The notes under the pieces: generated by a model
Databases searched by the model: none
What the model was told of the DNA's origin: nothing
Seen by the model: the letters and a program-made list of their open reading frames with translations, nothing else
Shown here: one piece after another, positions 18,201 to 30,723 of the stretch
Numbering within the stretch: position 1 is the first letter of the stretch
Layout of the letters: each line of letters opens with the position of its first letter
Translations under genes and position numbers: made by a program
Assembly: GCA_045837725.1 (NCBI GenBank)
Contig: JBEWZL010000146.1
Span: 1-64,000, forward strand
DNA length: 64,000 nt
Direction of reading: 5' to 3'
DNA from: Vermamoeba vermiformis
Lineage: Eukaryota

Positions 18201-18506
18201 AACACTGAGAGCTACCGCAATCGTACCTTCACACTAACTGGTCCTACGTTCGTGAATGGTCCAATGCTCGCTCAAGCTATTTCAACGTCCATTGGTGAAG
18301 AGATCACCTTTGTAACCATCAACGAAGAGAACACCGAGGAGTTCTTTTCGACGTCAGGTTTCAGTCCAGAAATGGCTAAAGCACTGTCTGTTGATTGGAG
18401 CATTGAAGTTGAAGACAAACTCACGCAAGATGTGACCTTGCTACTCGAACAACCCGCAAAGAGTGCCACTGACTGGGCTGAAAGCAATGCACATCATTTC
18501 CTCTAG
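15218..18506 (+). CDS. PH + DEP + AIFM2/FSP1-like FAD/NAD(P)H oxidoreductase + NmrA-like multidomain protein
   Basis: PH [88 protein letters not shown]; NmrA-like ILVLDGNGVVGRTV..ESGFNYTIVR..FTLTGP; exons join in frame. Confidence 0.82.
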
Positions 18507-18727
18507 TCTATTTATTTGTATATTTGTAATATTGAAGAAGTTTAAACCGACGCGTAAGTGAATTCGTTTGATTAATTACGGTCATTGAAATTTCGAGTGC
18601 CGATGAAATTGACGGAGGATGTTTATTTCTTTGGTCCAAGAAGCCTTCTGTCGTTTCGTGATTGACCAAGTCACATCTTAAACACAGACCGGAAGGGTCG
18701 CACGCCTAGGAGAATTCACCAAACGAA

Positions 18728-20032
18728 TTATTTCGTAGATATGGGCTCTGAGGATGATCTTGCGCGACTTGCCTGGAACTCTTTAACGACATCCTCGTAC
18801 TTCAGTTGCTGTGGGTTCACGGAAGGTAGTTCCAGTAATCGTTCAATCAGTCCAGGTGATGATTCAGCCTCTAGCGCTGCATTTAATGCCTGATTGTCGC
18901 CGTACGCAGGGTCAACTTCAGGGTACAAGAGCAACAAATTGACGATCTCGAGCTTCTTGACAAATTTCGGCTCTTCGCGGTTTTGAGCATACCGCGAAAA
19001 CACCTTCGAGGGCAGCACAGCGTGTGTCAAGGGCTTTCTTCCACCTGCAGCAGGACTGACGCGCTTATCATCCAACAGTATCTCGACCACACCGAGGTGA
19101 CCACTTTGACATGCATAACGAAGGGCGTAGTTATCTCGCGCAGTTGGATCTACGCGCGGATCAGACAACAACAATCGGACCATTCGTTCATTGCCCGCTT
19201 CAGCAGCAAAGCAAATGTTCCAATTGGTCTGCGCCGCTGGATCGACTTGTGGCACTGTCAACAAGTAGCGCGCAATGTCGTACCGGTCGTACACCACTGC
19301 ATTACGAAAGAGACGTTGACGCAGGGCCGTTGGATCAGCCCCCGCTTCTATCAGCACTTGCACGGACTCCACACTTGTGACATCACCCAGTAGCTCGCTG
19401 CCAAGTCCGGGTATGGCGTTGTCCATATCGATAATAATTTTGACCACATCCGCATTAGAACCCAACACTCCTGCTCGCGCTGATGCGAAAGGGATATTCT
19501 CCACACGCTTGTATCGCGGATGATTAATGAGTGCTCGAATAGACTGACCACTGCTGCAGTTAAGTGCCTCGTTGAAGGGCTGGTTGTTGTTGTATGACGG
19601 ATCGACGCGTCTGTCGTTCAATAACAGTTCTACAACAGCACCGTGTCCATTGCGACACGCATATATCAATGCTTCATGGCGGCATGCGGTGGGATTAACA
19701 GTTGGCTCTTTCAATAATAGGGCAACCATTTCGACACATCCATCTGCCGCTCCAAAACGTAATGCCCAATTTCTAAATACAGCTGGATCTACCTGGCCAC
19801 TATTAAGCCAATATTTAACCTCCTCTATATTTTTTTTCAGTACGGCAGCTCTAAACGCTTTATTTTCTTTGGAATCTGGTTTGAATCGAGGGTCCGTTGC
19901 TTTCACATGCTTTGCGTAGGATCCAAAATATTTTGATACTATTAACCAACTAAAGGGTTGTTGTGCTATGATTAGCTTCCACACATCAAGTGGAACGCTG
20001 CTGAAATCAAAAGGCTGTTCGCTGTTTTCCAT
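18728..20032 (-). CDS. Intronless ankyrin-repeat protein with possible N-terminal F-box-like motif
   Basis: Repeats such as DPRVDPTARDNYALRYACQSGHLGVVEILL; N-terminus FSSVPLDVWKLII..LIVSKYF. Confidence 0.88.
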   Translation of the reverse strand: MENSEQPFDFSSVPLDVWKLIIAQQPFSWLIVSKYFGSYAKHVKATDPRFKPDSKENKAFRAAVLKKNIEEVKYWLNSGQVDPAVFRNWALRFGAADGCVEMVALLLKEPTVNPTACRHEALIYACRNGHGAVVELLLNDRRVDPSYNNNQPFNEALNCSSGQSIRALINHPRYKRVENIPFASARAGVLGSNADVVKIIIDMDNAIPGLGSELLGDVTSVESVQVLIEAGADPTALRQRLFRNAVVYDRYDIARYLLTVPQVDPAAQTNWNICFAAEAGNERMVRLLLSDPRVDPTARDNYALRYACQSGHLGVVEILLDDKRVSPAAGGRKPLTHAVLPSKVFSRYAQNREEPKFVKKLEIVNLLLLYPEVDPAYGDNQALNAALEAESSPGLIERLLELPSVNPQQLKYEDVVKEFQASRARSSSEPISTK

Positions 20033-20239
20033 AAGAATCTTCAATAAATAATAATAATAATCTTATATATTGTGCACGTTGTGGTTGTTGGTGCAAAAAG
20101 AACTAGCGTTTGTAATTTAATTGGGGACAGGTCCTTGACTAAAATTGAATCACGTGCTGATTTATTTTGAGGTTGCCTTATTTCACTGGTATGTACAAAA
20201 ATCATTATTATAATAGGCAATTTGTGACACCACGAGAGT

Positions 20240-21292
20240 CTAATAGCGATATCGCAAAGCACCACGCTGACGTAAGTAGAAGTAGTAAGCCAAGCCGTAC
20301 GCAGCCCCTAATAAAAGATCCATAAGCACCGACAAACAACATTAACTATAGACCTATGAACATACCTCCCAAGTGACCAGCATTAGACACGCCGTGATTG
20401 CTGTGCGACAGTGCTCCAAAGATGTCGTACGCGACGTAGCCAGAAGCCAAGAGCCACGCGGGCACGGGGATGATGAAGTTGAGCATGATGGTGCGACGCG
20501 GCCAAATGCACTGCGGGGAATTAGTTCTTGACTGGCACGGAATTGTTGAGCACGTCAAGTACTTACCCCGAACAATACTGCAGTGGCCATAATAGCCCCT
20601 GACGCGCCATGGGCCGAGGCACGTTCGGCCATGTTGCGCTGCAGTGGTGTGAGACTGCGGTTGCGAATGTTAGCGGTCCACAGCAAGTGACCAACCGACG
20701 AAAAGAAGCCACTCAGGAGGTAGAGGCTCAAAAATCTTTTAGGTCCGAGGAATCGCAGCACTTCTGAACCTAAGAAATAGAGCGCCAACATATTGACTGC
20801 TAGATGCATGGGCTGAGATTGACTAAAGGCCGAAGTGAATAGAGTCCAAACGCGACCTTCTTTAAGTCCCTTAATGGACACTGTAAAATTGTTTGACATC
20901 GTTCTACGACCTTGCATAGTAGAGCCGTAAGTCTATTGACAAATAATTAGAAAAAAAATTAAAAAAAAAATTGACAAAAATTAGGAATTAAATTTGTAAC
21001 ATACCTGCCACAAGAGAAACACACCGACGTTTACGCCAATCAAACCCCACATTGTACCCATGGGACCAGAAGTGTCGAGCAGATTGCCCATAAAATTTCG
21101 TGTGCCGGGCTTCTTTGGGGCCAATTTTGTATCCTTTTTGAATATCTTCCATGTGTTTAATTTATTTTTAACATTTTCAACGAGCTTGGACTTGCTAGAA
21201 GTATTGAAAAATCTTTTGCTTGGCAATCTGACTATCTTGAGCTGCACTTGCTGAGAATTAACTGCCAATTGGAAAACCTGCCGAGAGAACAT
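20240..21292 (-). CDS. Rhomboid serine protease, PARL/Pcp1-like, with mitochondrial-type presequence
   Basis: WTLFTSAFSQ..HLAVNM, GASGA (Ser), GHLGG (His); basic Ser/Arg/Lys-rich N-terminus. Confidence 0.88.
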
Positions 21293-21365
21293 ATTGAATA
21301 AATTACTACGTGTTGTTGTGCAGGTTGGTGTTGAGAATATTTTATTTACATTTTTGCGTCACTTT

Positions 21366-22981
21366 TTATCCATCGTCCTCGTCCTTGGGAATATCGAACA
21401 CCTTGCCCTTAGTGTACTCTGCAAAGCTAATGTTGTTGACGAGCGGTAATATCTTGGTCAAATTCTTCGTAGTACCGACATTCATCGCCAAGTGCTCCAC
21501 GAGGATTGGTGTCACGTGACCGACAGTAACATTAGGCTGCGTGTCAAACAGCTCTGCAATCTTGAACAAAAGACCCTTCTCAATCTGCGGCTGCTGTGAC
21601 ACGAACTGGGCCAAGTCCTTCTTCGTTGTGTGAGTCTTGCGCGCAGTCTCAACAGTCTCGAGCATACGACGCGCAGTCTTCTCAATGTTTGCTGTCAAAT
21701 CTTCAGCGAATTGAACCATTACTTCGCGCAGATCATCGGGCAAATATGCTGCAAAAAATATAAGTCTATATTTGGCATTAAGTACTAACAGTACTCACCC
21801 TTGACGTCGTCAAACTTCTCCTCCAAAATTGACTGCCACAAGTGACGTTCGCTGCGGTGCTTCAAGAGATCGAGCGACTTGTTCAGTGAAAAGTACCACT
21901 GTGTCTTGATCTTGTACATTTCACCGTTCTCAAACCGAATTACAAAGCCCTCAACTCCCTCGCGCTGTCTCAAGGCGGGCAATGTCTTGTCATTGATGGG
22001 CATGCTGGCATTGCCCTCGGAATTGATCTCCAAGCCAAACTCTTCTGGCTTCCAGTGACGCACCACTGGCACGTTGTACTTGGCCGCCAATCGTGCCATG
22101 TGCGAATAGGGTAAGTACAGGCCCGTGTGGTTGTCGCGTACTGAAATCAATTGCAACCCATCCTTCTCGTACTTGAGCACGATCTGTGCGGTGGGACTGC
22201 AGTACTCAAACATAGGTGTCCAGCTGCGCTTCAAGCAGAACTCTGACAGCTGGTCGTACTGGATGTCTGTTTGGGACTTGACAAATGCCTCTACTGGCTC
22301 GGACTTGCCTGTGACCTGGTGGCAAGATGAGTAAAATTAATTAATGATTATGGCGGAGGTGGACTTAGCACTTACACCTTGCTTGGTGCCGTAGCGAACT
22401 CTATTTTGCCACATGAATGGTGCGACCATTGAGCCATCGAGCTTCTCCAGCACGAGGAACGGGCGCGTGAAGTCAATCTTTTGAGGCACCGTCTCTGGCA
22501 GTTCACCAACTAGACACGTGTCAATTTACATATACCGCAATAATAGCGTTGCTTACTGTTAAAGAACTTGTGAAATCGACGCGACAACACAGCCCCATCC
22601 TTGGAGATAATTAAGCCTCGGCATTCACGACGTAACGCCCAATGAAGTCGCGTTCGCTCATCTGGAGCAGTTAATGGATCCGGAAAAATATCTGAAATAA
22701 TAATTGTTAAAATTCGTGCCTGAAAACAAGTGCATTTAACATGAACGTTCGACACAATAAATTAAAATTAAATAATTGAAAATTAGTATTTGTTCATTCG
22801 AGCAGTTGCGCCACATACCCTTCTGCAAGCCCAAGAAATACACAAAAATAACGTGATCGCCAGCGTCTACTTCACGGAAGTCATCACGACCCTTAATAGC
22901 CTCTCGCACGTCTTCTAGCTTGATATCTACGGGAAAGATCGATTCAGCTGCGTTGAACTCAAACGCAAAATGTTCTTCCAT
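21366..22981 (-). CDS. T4 Rnl1-type ATP-dependent RNA ligase
   Basis: RECRGLII..SRRFHKFFN, motif I EKLDGS, TPMFEYCSP..QIVLKY, motif IV EGFVIRF, motif V KIKTQWY; 5 spliceosomal introns by my reading. Confidence 0.85.
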
Positions 22982-23271
22982 TATTTTGCTGGTGTTGTTG
23001 TAGACGAAAAGCTAATTATACAATTTTATAATCTTTCATAATACTTTTTGCAGGGCACCGAAAAATAAGAATTCTCAAAATATTCCCAGTACGCGTGCAG
23101 CATCTGTCATCCACATTTGTCACGTACCATACTATCAACTTCACACTGGGTGTTGATAGAGCTTGACTGTAATTAAGACCAAGATTTTTACGGAGAACAT
23201 TTTGCTTTTGCGCTTGTGCAATAACCAACAAAGCGTACTAGTTAATGTATTATTAGCACATTGTAGACAAT

Positions 23272-24801
23272 ATGAATAGAATGAAAAAGTCAGCAAGTGT
23301 ATTTGCGAAGAGTGAAGATTATAAGAGATTCAAGAGTTTAGTTTCTTTACAACGAGTACGTGCTATTTTACAGTCAATAACAGCATAAATAATATCGATT
23401 TTATTGGTAGTATAGATGAGTTAATTATCACCACTGATTTTAAATTAATGGAAAAATATTTTGAAAAATCGAAACAATTAGACGGAAATTAATTATGATC
23501 TCCTTAGGTTTGTGTCAATACATTTACAGATAAAGAATGGGTATACTACGATTTTGGACCTAAAGAAAATACTCCTTTAATTTGTTTGCCTGGGATCACC
23601 GGAACACCCGACGTGTTTTACAAACAAATATTATGCCTTGCAGCAAAAGGCTACAGAATAATATCAGTAAGTACAAGCGCATTTTGATTGCTAATCTAAT
23701 TGTCCCCAGCTCGAATCTCCTGCTTACATGACACATGAGCGCTGGATCAAAGGCTTTGACAGATTTTTGGACTTTTTAAAGATAGGAAAGGTATGTGCAC
23801 GACGGCGTGGCAAATACGATTGAATTAATGCCTATGATTTGAAGATCCACTTGCTCGGCACAACGATCGGTGGCTACATGGCGCAATGTTATTTACAATA
23901 CAGACCTAGCCGCGTGTTGTCGCTAGTGCTGTGCAACACGTTCTGCGACACACAAGCCTTCGCTGATAAAGCTCCGTGCGCTGCATTGTACGAGTCATTA
24001 GTATAAGACAAATTGTATTCGTATTAACGTCTCGTCTTCAGCTTCACTTGGATGCCTGAATTTGTCCTCAAGCGCATGTTGTTGTCCAATCTGCCGACCT
24101 CTGCTGTCGAGGCTGACATTGCAAACTCAATTGACTTCGTTGTAGAACAGGTACGAATTTTGTTATATAGTATGTTGTGCTTGCTATTAACACGTGCATC
24201 AATACACTACAGTTAGAAACAGTTGGTCAGAAAGAATTGGCCGCTAAAATGACACTGAACTGCACTCCCGGGCCATTGAAGCCTGAAAAAATCAAAATTG
24301 AAAACTCCACAGTCACTATTATTGATGTACGTCTATTTGATTATCTGTTTGTACCTCGTGCTAATGTGACACCATAATCAGACCGTGGACGATGTTGCAA
24401 TTCCTTCTAAGCTCCGCGAAGACGTGTACAAGTTTTATCCGAGTGCAAAATTGGCGTTTTTGAAGACAGGCGGCAATTACCCGTATTTATCCCGCGCTGA
24501 AGAGTTCAATTTGTACTTGGAAGTTCATTTGCGAAACAACAATTACTTTGGGGACAAGGACAGTACTGAAAATAACAATAACACCACCGAGGAACAGAAC
24601 AACACGAATCAACCTGTTGAACTCAAATCGTTTAATAATAACAATGTTGAGAAAGAAGAGGATGAAGGGCTATTTAGTGAAAAGAAAGAGACTGAAGAAA
24701 AGACTGACGACTCGATTATTACTGACACTAGTAACACAACGAATAATAACAACACTAATGTTATTACTACAAGTGATGAAGGTGTTGAGAAGAGTGTTTG
24801 A
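23272..24801 (+). CDS. SPG21: Maspardin (alpha/beta hydrolase fold)
   Basis: YYDFGPK..PLICLPG..DVFYKQ, WMPEFVLKR, ANSIDFVVEQLET, LKTGGNYPYLSRAEEFNLYLEVHLR. Confidence 0.93.
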
Positions 24802-24985
24802 AATAAATTGTAGAAAATGGGATTTAAATTGAAACTGCTAGAAATCATCGGTTCTAGAAATGGCTCAGCGTTGATTAAATAATGTTATATATCACAGTTT
24901 ATAACAATTCGAAATCGAACTGATAATCTACAAGGGTGTTCTATTGTACATGTCAAAATTGTCGTCGCAGTAGTCACGACATTGC

Positions 24986-27915
24986 CTACTTCTTTTTAAA
25001 CAACGTCGCTATAGAAGCACGTCGCGCCAACGATTTGGCCGACTTGTCCTTCTCAGACTTGGACTTGTCTTTGTCTTTATCCTTCTCTTTGTCCTTCTCT
25101 TTGTCCTTGTCTTTCTTCTCTTTGCGACTGATGCTACTGCCAGACGCGGAGATTTTAAGCAATGAAGGCGAGCCATTGCTGTTCATGTGACCCGATCCCT
25201 CTTTGCTGCCCTTCTCTTGCACCTGCAAGCAAATCACTTCTTGCTCCAGTTCCGATTCTGACAGAACGAGCACGTGTTTGCGCAAATACTCCTCGATGAC
25301 TGGCACGCTGACGAGTTGGTAGTTTTCGGTCTGACATCTGAACACTGACTTCATTACACCAGCGAACAAACGCATCTTGTGGAAGTTCAACAAGCGGTGT
25401 TCATCGTCCCAGTAGTCGTCATTCTCGATAATGGCAATCATGTCGTGCAAGAACACGGCGGGTGGAATAACGAGAGGCGGTGTTGACGCGTTGATTCTTC
25501 GTCTGAGATTGCCCCAACTGCCAACAGGAGACAGCAACTCGTTCAATTGTCGCCATTGTAGCAGCAGTGCCTTGTCAACACCCTTCCACGTCTTCTTCAA
25601 TCGTCCTACGAGGTAGTGGTTGACACCCACGTAGACATCCATAGCTCCGTGGAAATTGTTCAACTCCAACAGACGCATGATGAGGCGAATGAAATTGTTC
25701 AAAGTCACAGTTCTCTTCTTTAGGTGCGGCGTTGAAATGATCTCTGAGGTGACCCACCACGTGATTTTCTTTGAAAAGTCGCTGATTGCGTGAATGGGGT
25801 TGTCGGCTTTCTGCGTGCCTTTTGCGGCCTCGTACAAGTCCGTTGGTCGAATGGTGACAAACATTTTAAAGTGGATCAGTGTCAGTTGTCGCGCTAGTTC
25901 GAGTGGTGACAATTCGATGAAGCTCAAGCGACGCGGGTCAGTCTAAAAACACCGAGTTAGCTCTCTATTACTACGTGTTGCCAATGTGACCATCTTACTA
26001 TCTTCTCGGGGACTGTGGGCGCAGGACTTTCAGCAGGATCGGCGACGAAGCTGATGACTTCTGCTTCCTAAAATAGCCTTGATTAATACGTGTCACGAGG
26101 TTTGAAAGGTTATAATTCGTACTCGCTTAGCTGCAGAGTTCAGTGTCTCTTTCAACAACAAACTCCATTCTCGTGCACTAGGGTTCAACAATTCAGCACC
26201 ACCTTCGAGCTGATCCAAAAAGTCAAACAAAATTGTCTTCATTTCTTCATCAACAAAATCGTAGTGATGCAATCGCAACCATTTCTTGAATACGTTGATA
26301 ACCCTGTATATTTCTAATAAGTACACGCAAAAAACTACATGTTAGACGCACCTCATTTGAATCAAGGGACGATAACCATTCGCTTCCTCGTTGGTTAGAT
26401 TCGAGTTGGACCTCAAAGGATCGAAGAAACTGAACGCGTTAGTTAAGGAACAAAACCTACATTCATTTGTACAATGCACGCGGTAGTGCACGTTTAAAAA
26501 TACCCAAAAAAAGGGAAAATTCCGTAATTAAATGGTCGCAAGGATACTAGTCAATCAATAGCTTCAATAACTCTACAGAGGTGATGAAGTGTTTGTGCGT
26601 GGCGAGGAAAATTTCGATGTAGTCCTTATCTATTGAATTAAAAATAAAAATTAGTAACATTGCCGAAATTTAATTAATGGCAACCGATTATATTAAATTT
26701 GAAACGTAATTATCGCAGTGAATCATGTCGTGTAAGGACGTTGAAATTAAAATATTCAACTCATACCTTGAACTTTGTGATCGGCAAGACAGGTTAATAG
26801 CTTATTTAATGTTCCCGCATATACCAATTTTTCGGCATCTTCGTCTTTATAAACTACATCTGCTTGTTCGATGGTGGTTGCAGAAGAGCGAATCGACCTG
26901 TCAAAACGTCGATCAGCAAAATGATTTTCGACCGTTTTGGCGGTAAACTTACGATAGCTTCTCGTTGATATCAGTAAGTGATACAGGTGACATTGGTCGC
27001 AGTTCAGAGCTGCGGCGCGCGTGATTTCTTAACCTGAGCTTCTCCTGAAACCTTCGGGCTTGCTCCCTGGCAATCTGATCTCTTTTTTCTTCCCAAACGT
27101 TCCATAAATATTCACTTATCATACCTAACGTGATTATTAGGATTAACAAGTGCACAGATAAAGAGCAAATCTTTTGATAAAATAATAGCAATATTATGAC
27201 CGTAAGACTTACCAAGACCCGGAACATTAAAGTCGGCGTCAATATTACCAAATTCCCATGTATTCAAGTATGGGACCGAGTTAGATCGCTTCAAAGTGAA
27301 CAAAAAGTTGCCTCGTTCAGCGCGTGTCTTGATTTGCTCTGCTTCTCTTGCTGACTTTTCTCCTTTTTCTTCTTGTTCGAATACTGCTTGGGCAGTGATA
27401 ATGGATTGTCGGCTGCGGCTTCTCGAAGGTCGATCTGTTTGTGGCAATTCGAATTGTTTCATAGCGGCACTCACAGATCCGGCCCTCATCGTGCGGTAGA
27501 AGCTCATATGTCTCTCTTTTGGTGACGGCGTTCTTTCTATAGGTCCCTCTAATCCACCTTCAGGTATTTTTAATCGCGCTACTGAGTTTGGGCGTGTCAA
27601 CTTCTTGTCTGATTTGTGACGGTGAGATTTGACTGTGGCCTTTTTATGCAGCGTTTCCTTTCGCGGAGAAGTTGGTGTGATTATTGTCGAAAGAGAGGAC
27701 TTCAGAGACCTCGGGCTTCCATTAGAATCTTCATTGATCGGGTCCAATCCAGATTCTGTTTCTTTTTTGGGGTGACGAATAATCATGGAATTTGATTTGC
27801 TAAATGATTTAGAACGATGTCCTGATACTTTTGCTTTTGTATGTAATGATAGATCGCTTGCGCTGGAACGCATCATGACTGGTCCACTGCCAATCGTGTC
27901 ATTATTCTTCTCCAT
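24986..27915 (-). CDS. RasGEF (REM + CDC25 domains) with low-complexity N-terminus
   Basis: YIEIFLATHKHFITS, RVINVFKKWL, LSPLELARQLTL, WVTSEII, LNNFHGAM, LLNFHKMR. Confidence 0.9.
26430..26547 (-). other. U12-type (minor spliceosome) GT-AG intron in RasGEF
   Basis: 5' site GTATCCTT; branch TTCCTTAAC ending about 12 nt before the CAG end; removal gives the open reading LLIDY|FFDPL. Confidence 0.85.
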
Positions 27916-28514
27916 GGTAAGCAGACACTAAGCGAAATAATGACACTACAGCACTTTCAATGATATGATTGCGAGTTTGCTTTGTGTGTTGATTGATTTT
28001 CTAACGTAAACAAACTGCGCAGAAAACGCGAAACTCGACACAAAATTTCGACCTACGTTTGCATCAACAATACACTATTTAATTGCAGTGATGGCAATAT
28101 ACAACATGAACCGCGAAAAGAGGTGCAGTGATGTTACCAAGACCCTTCAAATTGAATCAACGGAGAAATGTCACAGGTGAAATGACAGGCTCGCAATCTC
28201 ACAGCCCTGCAGCTGCAACCGTGCCCTAGGAATAGGCATTGCTGTCTCGTGATCAACGATATATGCAGCACTGATGATTAACTAGTTTGACAACTCAATA
28301 GTGAGATCAACGCGATTCATAAAAATCAGCTACGTAGCCCACCTCAATTCAATAGGCAGCTGTTTTCGTTAAGTGTTGGTGTTGCGTGCTAATATGTTGT
28401 CGTGTGCTTCACAGAATTAAGCAAATAAATAGTGCGTGCTCGATAATTTTGTTAACAAGCTGAAGCTACTTTTGGCAAACACAAGGGTGCGTGGCATTAG
28501 TAGCTGTGTATAAT

Positions 28515-29210
28515 ATGGAGAAAGATCGAGATACACTGCGAGGGCAGACGGATGAGTCAAACCCCGATGCAGGTACGGTGTTAGTTTCATACGAAGCCAA
28601 TTATAGTGGACAAACTCGATAAATATACTGGCATTACAAATAGCAGAGTTTGTCTATTCTCTTGCAACAGCCAAACAATAATAATACAATTTTAAATTTA
28701 TTATTGCGTTTATATTCTGCAATATTTTCGTTATAATCAATAAATCGTACTAAATAATATGTAGATTAATTATTTGTTAATATTACACGAGCAACAGATT
28801 AATTAATTTCATGACCGTTATTGCGATCGACGTGCTAGAAACTCATATTGCATTCGATTACAGACTTTGGCAAGCAATTTTCTGAATCAGAAAATTCTAT
28901 GGAGGATCTTTATCAAAAGATTCAGAGTTTGACTATTTCAATGGAGAAATCTAAAGGCAAAGTTGCAGATTCAGAATACGCAGTACTCCTGCAAGAACGA
29001 GAAAAATTACTTGCACGATTAAATGAAGCTAAGAAAAAATTGGATATGGTTAGGCTGAAGCTTCTTCAGCTCGCAGAGGAAGACGGCATCCCGAGTTCAC
29101 CAACCGCCTCTTTCGTTGGCTTGAATAATGCAGCCTTGAATCTCATAGCAGCCTCAGCGAACCCTGGTCAATCGACATCACCGACAGAAGACAAGATGGA
29201 CCACCAATAA
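28515..29210 (+). CDS. Small coiled-coil protein, unknown function
   Basis: ATG exon MEKDRDTLRGQTDESNPDA, GT-AG intron, then ORF with heptads (LLQEREKLLARLNEAKKKLD). Confidence 0.55.
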
Positions 29211-29459
29211 ACAGCGAATAATGAAAGGAATCCGGATGCAGCAAAACTACCGGCTTTCTTTCAGTGTAGATTTATGTTTCTTTTACTGTACGAATAAACC
29301 AATTTTTTCATTGTTGTAACTTGCCACCGAGCACTAACACCCACGAGCCCAGCAACAAACACGTGCGGACTATTTTTGTAACGGACACATGCAACGGTCA
29401 AATTTGTGAGGCGGCAAAACATTCTTCTTCTGAGAACTGCACTGCGACACAACAATGCC

Positions 29460-30581
29460 ATGAGTGCAGTATTAGAGACATATGACGAATATTGGAGCGA
29501 TATCAAGGCAGCACTGGGTCGGCCACTGCCAGAGAAGGTCTTGGTAGCGAGATTGAAAAAGGTACATCGTCTAATCTGACTTAGGTTGGCTTTGAAAATT
29601 GCGTAAATAATTTTCTGATGTACATAAATATATGAATAACGATTATTTAGGTCGTTGAGGAAGAGCCTAAGCTACAGAAAATCCTAGAATATTTTCAGAC
29701 CAGAAATCTTTTAAGATCTTACCAATATGGCTCCGTTGAGTCTTCTCTCGTGTTATACTATCTACCAGGTACACATGATACATACACGATCGGCTGTTTT
29801 ATTCTGACGCTTTAAAGTTGAAGGCACCACCGTGTCAAGTCCGGTGCCCTCACTCAAGTTGCCAGAGCCTGAAAAGACTTGCGGCCACAGCTTAGATGCA
29901 GATGACGCAAAAGAGAATGGCGAGGTCAACTCCTCAACACCACCTAGCTCTCAATCTAAATCCAATCCCGTGACACCGGCCAAACTAAGTCCGAGCAGCA
30001 ATCATCTCAACAGACCGATGAGTGACTCGTTGCGGCAAAAGTTGAAGCGAAGACGACCACTGCACTCACCAACAACATCGGCCACTAACAGTGACGAGCC
30101 GAGCGGTGAGTCACCTGTCAAGAAACAGCGCACTTCCCTACACGGGCCACCGCGTAACATTCATCCTGTGAGTACTGCCCACTACCACATAACGACGACA
30201 CTAACCTCATTCAAGGGTGAGGTGTCAGAACGCGAGAAAGAGCGACGATTGCGCGTAGAACTGTTTGAGAAGAAGAGTGCCCTGGTCAGACTCAACAACA
30301 AAATTCAAACGAAGAAGAACTCGTTGGCCAAGAGGGCAAGTTCTTACTGTCGTAATCAAACTCAAGAGGCACTGACTAACTCATTTGCACAGGACGAGAT
30401 TGAGCACCTGACTGCACTCATCGACAAGTGGCGTTCAGTGTGTCAAGAGGCCCTCATGGAGCTGTTGGCACATCAGAACAGACACAGCATCGAGCCCGTG
30501 TCACTCGGTCAGTTGCTTCAAACCTTTCATATCGAGCCGAGCCTGTTGCACTACGCAGCTGACATTGATGCTTTTAAGTAA
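29460..30581 (+). CDS. SFR1: Swi5-dependent recombination protein SFR1/Mei5-like
   Basis: C-terminal LTALIDKWRSVCQEALMELL..SLGQLLQTFHIEPSLLHY; Ser/Pro-rich middle. Confidence 0.8.
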
Positions 30582-30723
30582 GCACTGGTCATGGGCTGTG
30601 CTAGCATTTTGGCGCCTTGTACATAATTGTTTTGGTTTGATTTTTTTTGTTGACATAATCGTTAGATGTAAATAGTCATGAAGAGGTGACAATAAATTCT
30701 GTAAATACGCGTATTTGTACATA

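Noticed and set aside
25040-25125. Repeat encoding KDKDKEKDKE (also Asn runs at 9380-9495 and 24570-24760)
   Set aside because: Ordinary low-complexity coding sequence
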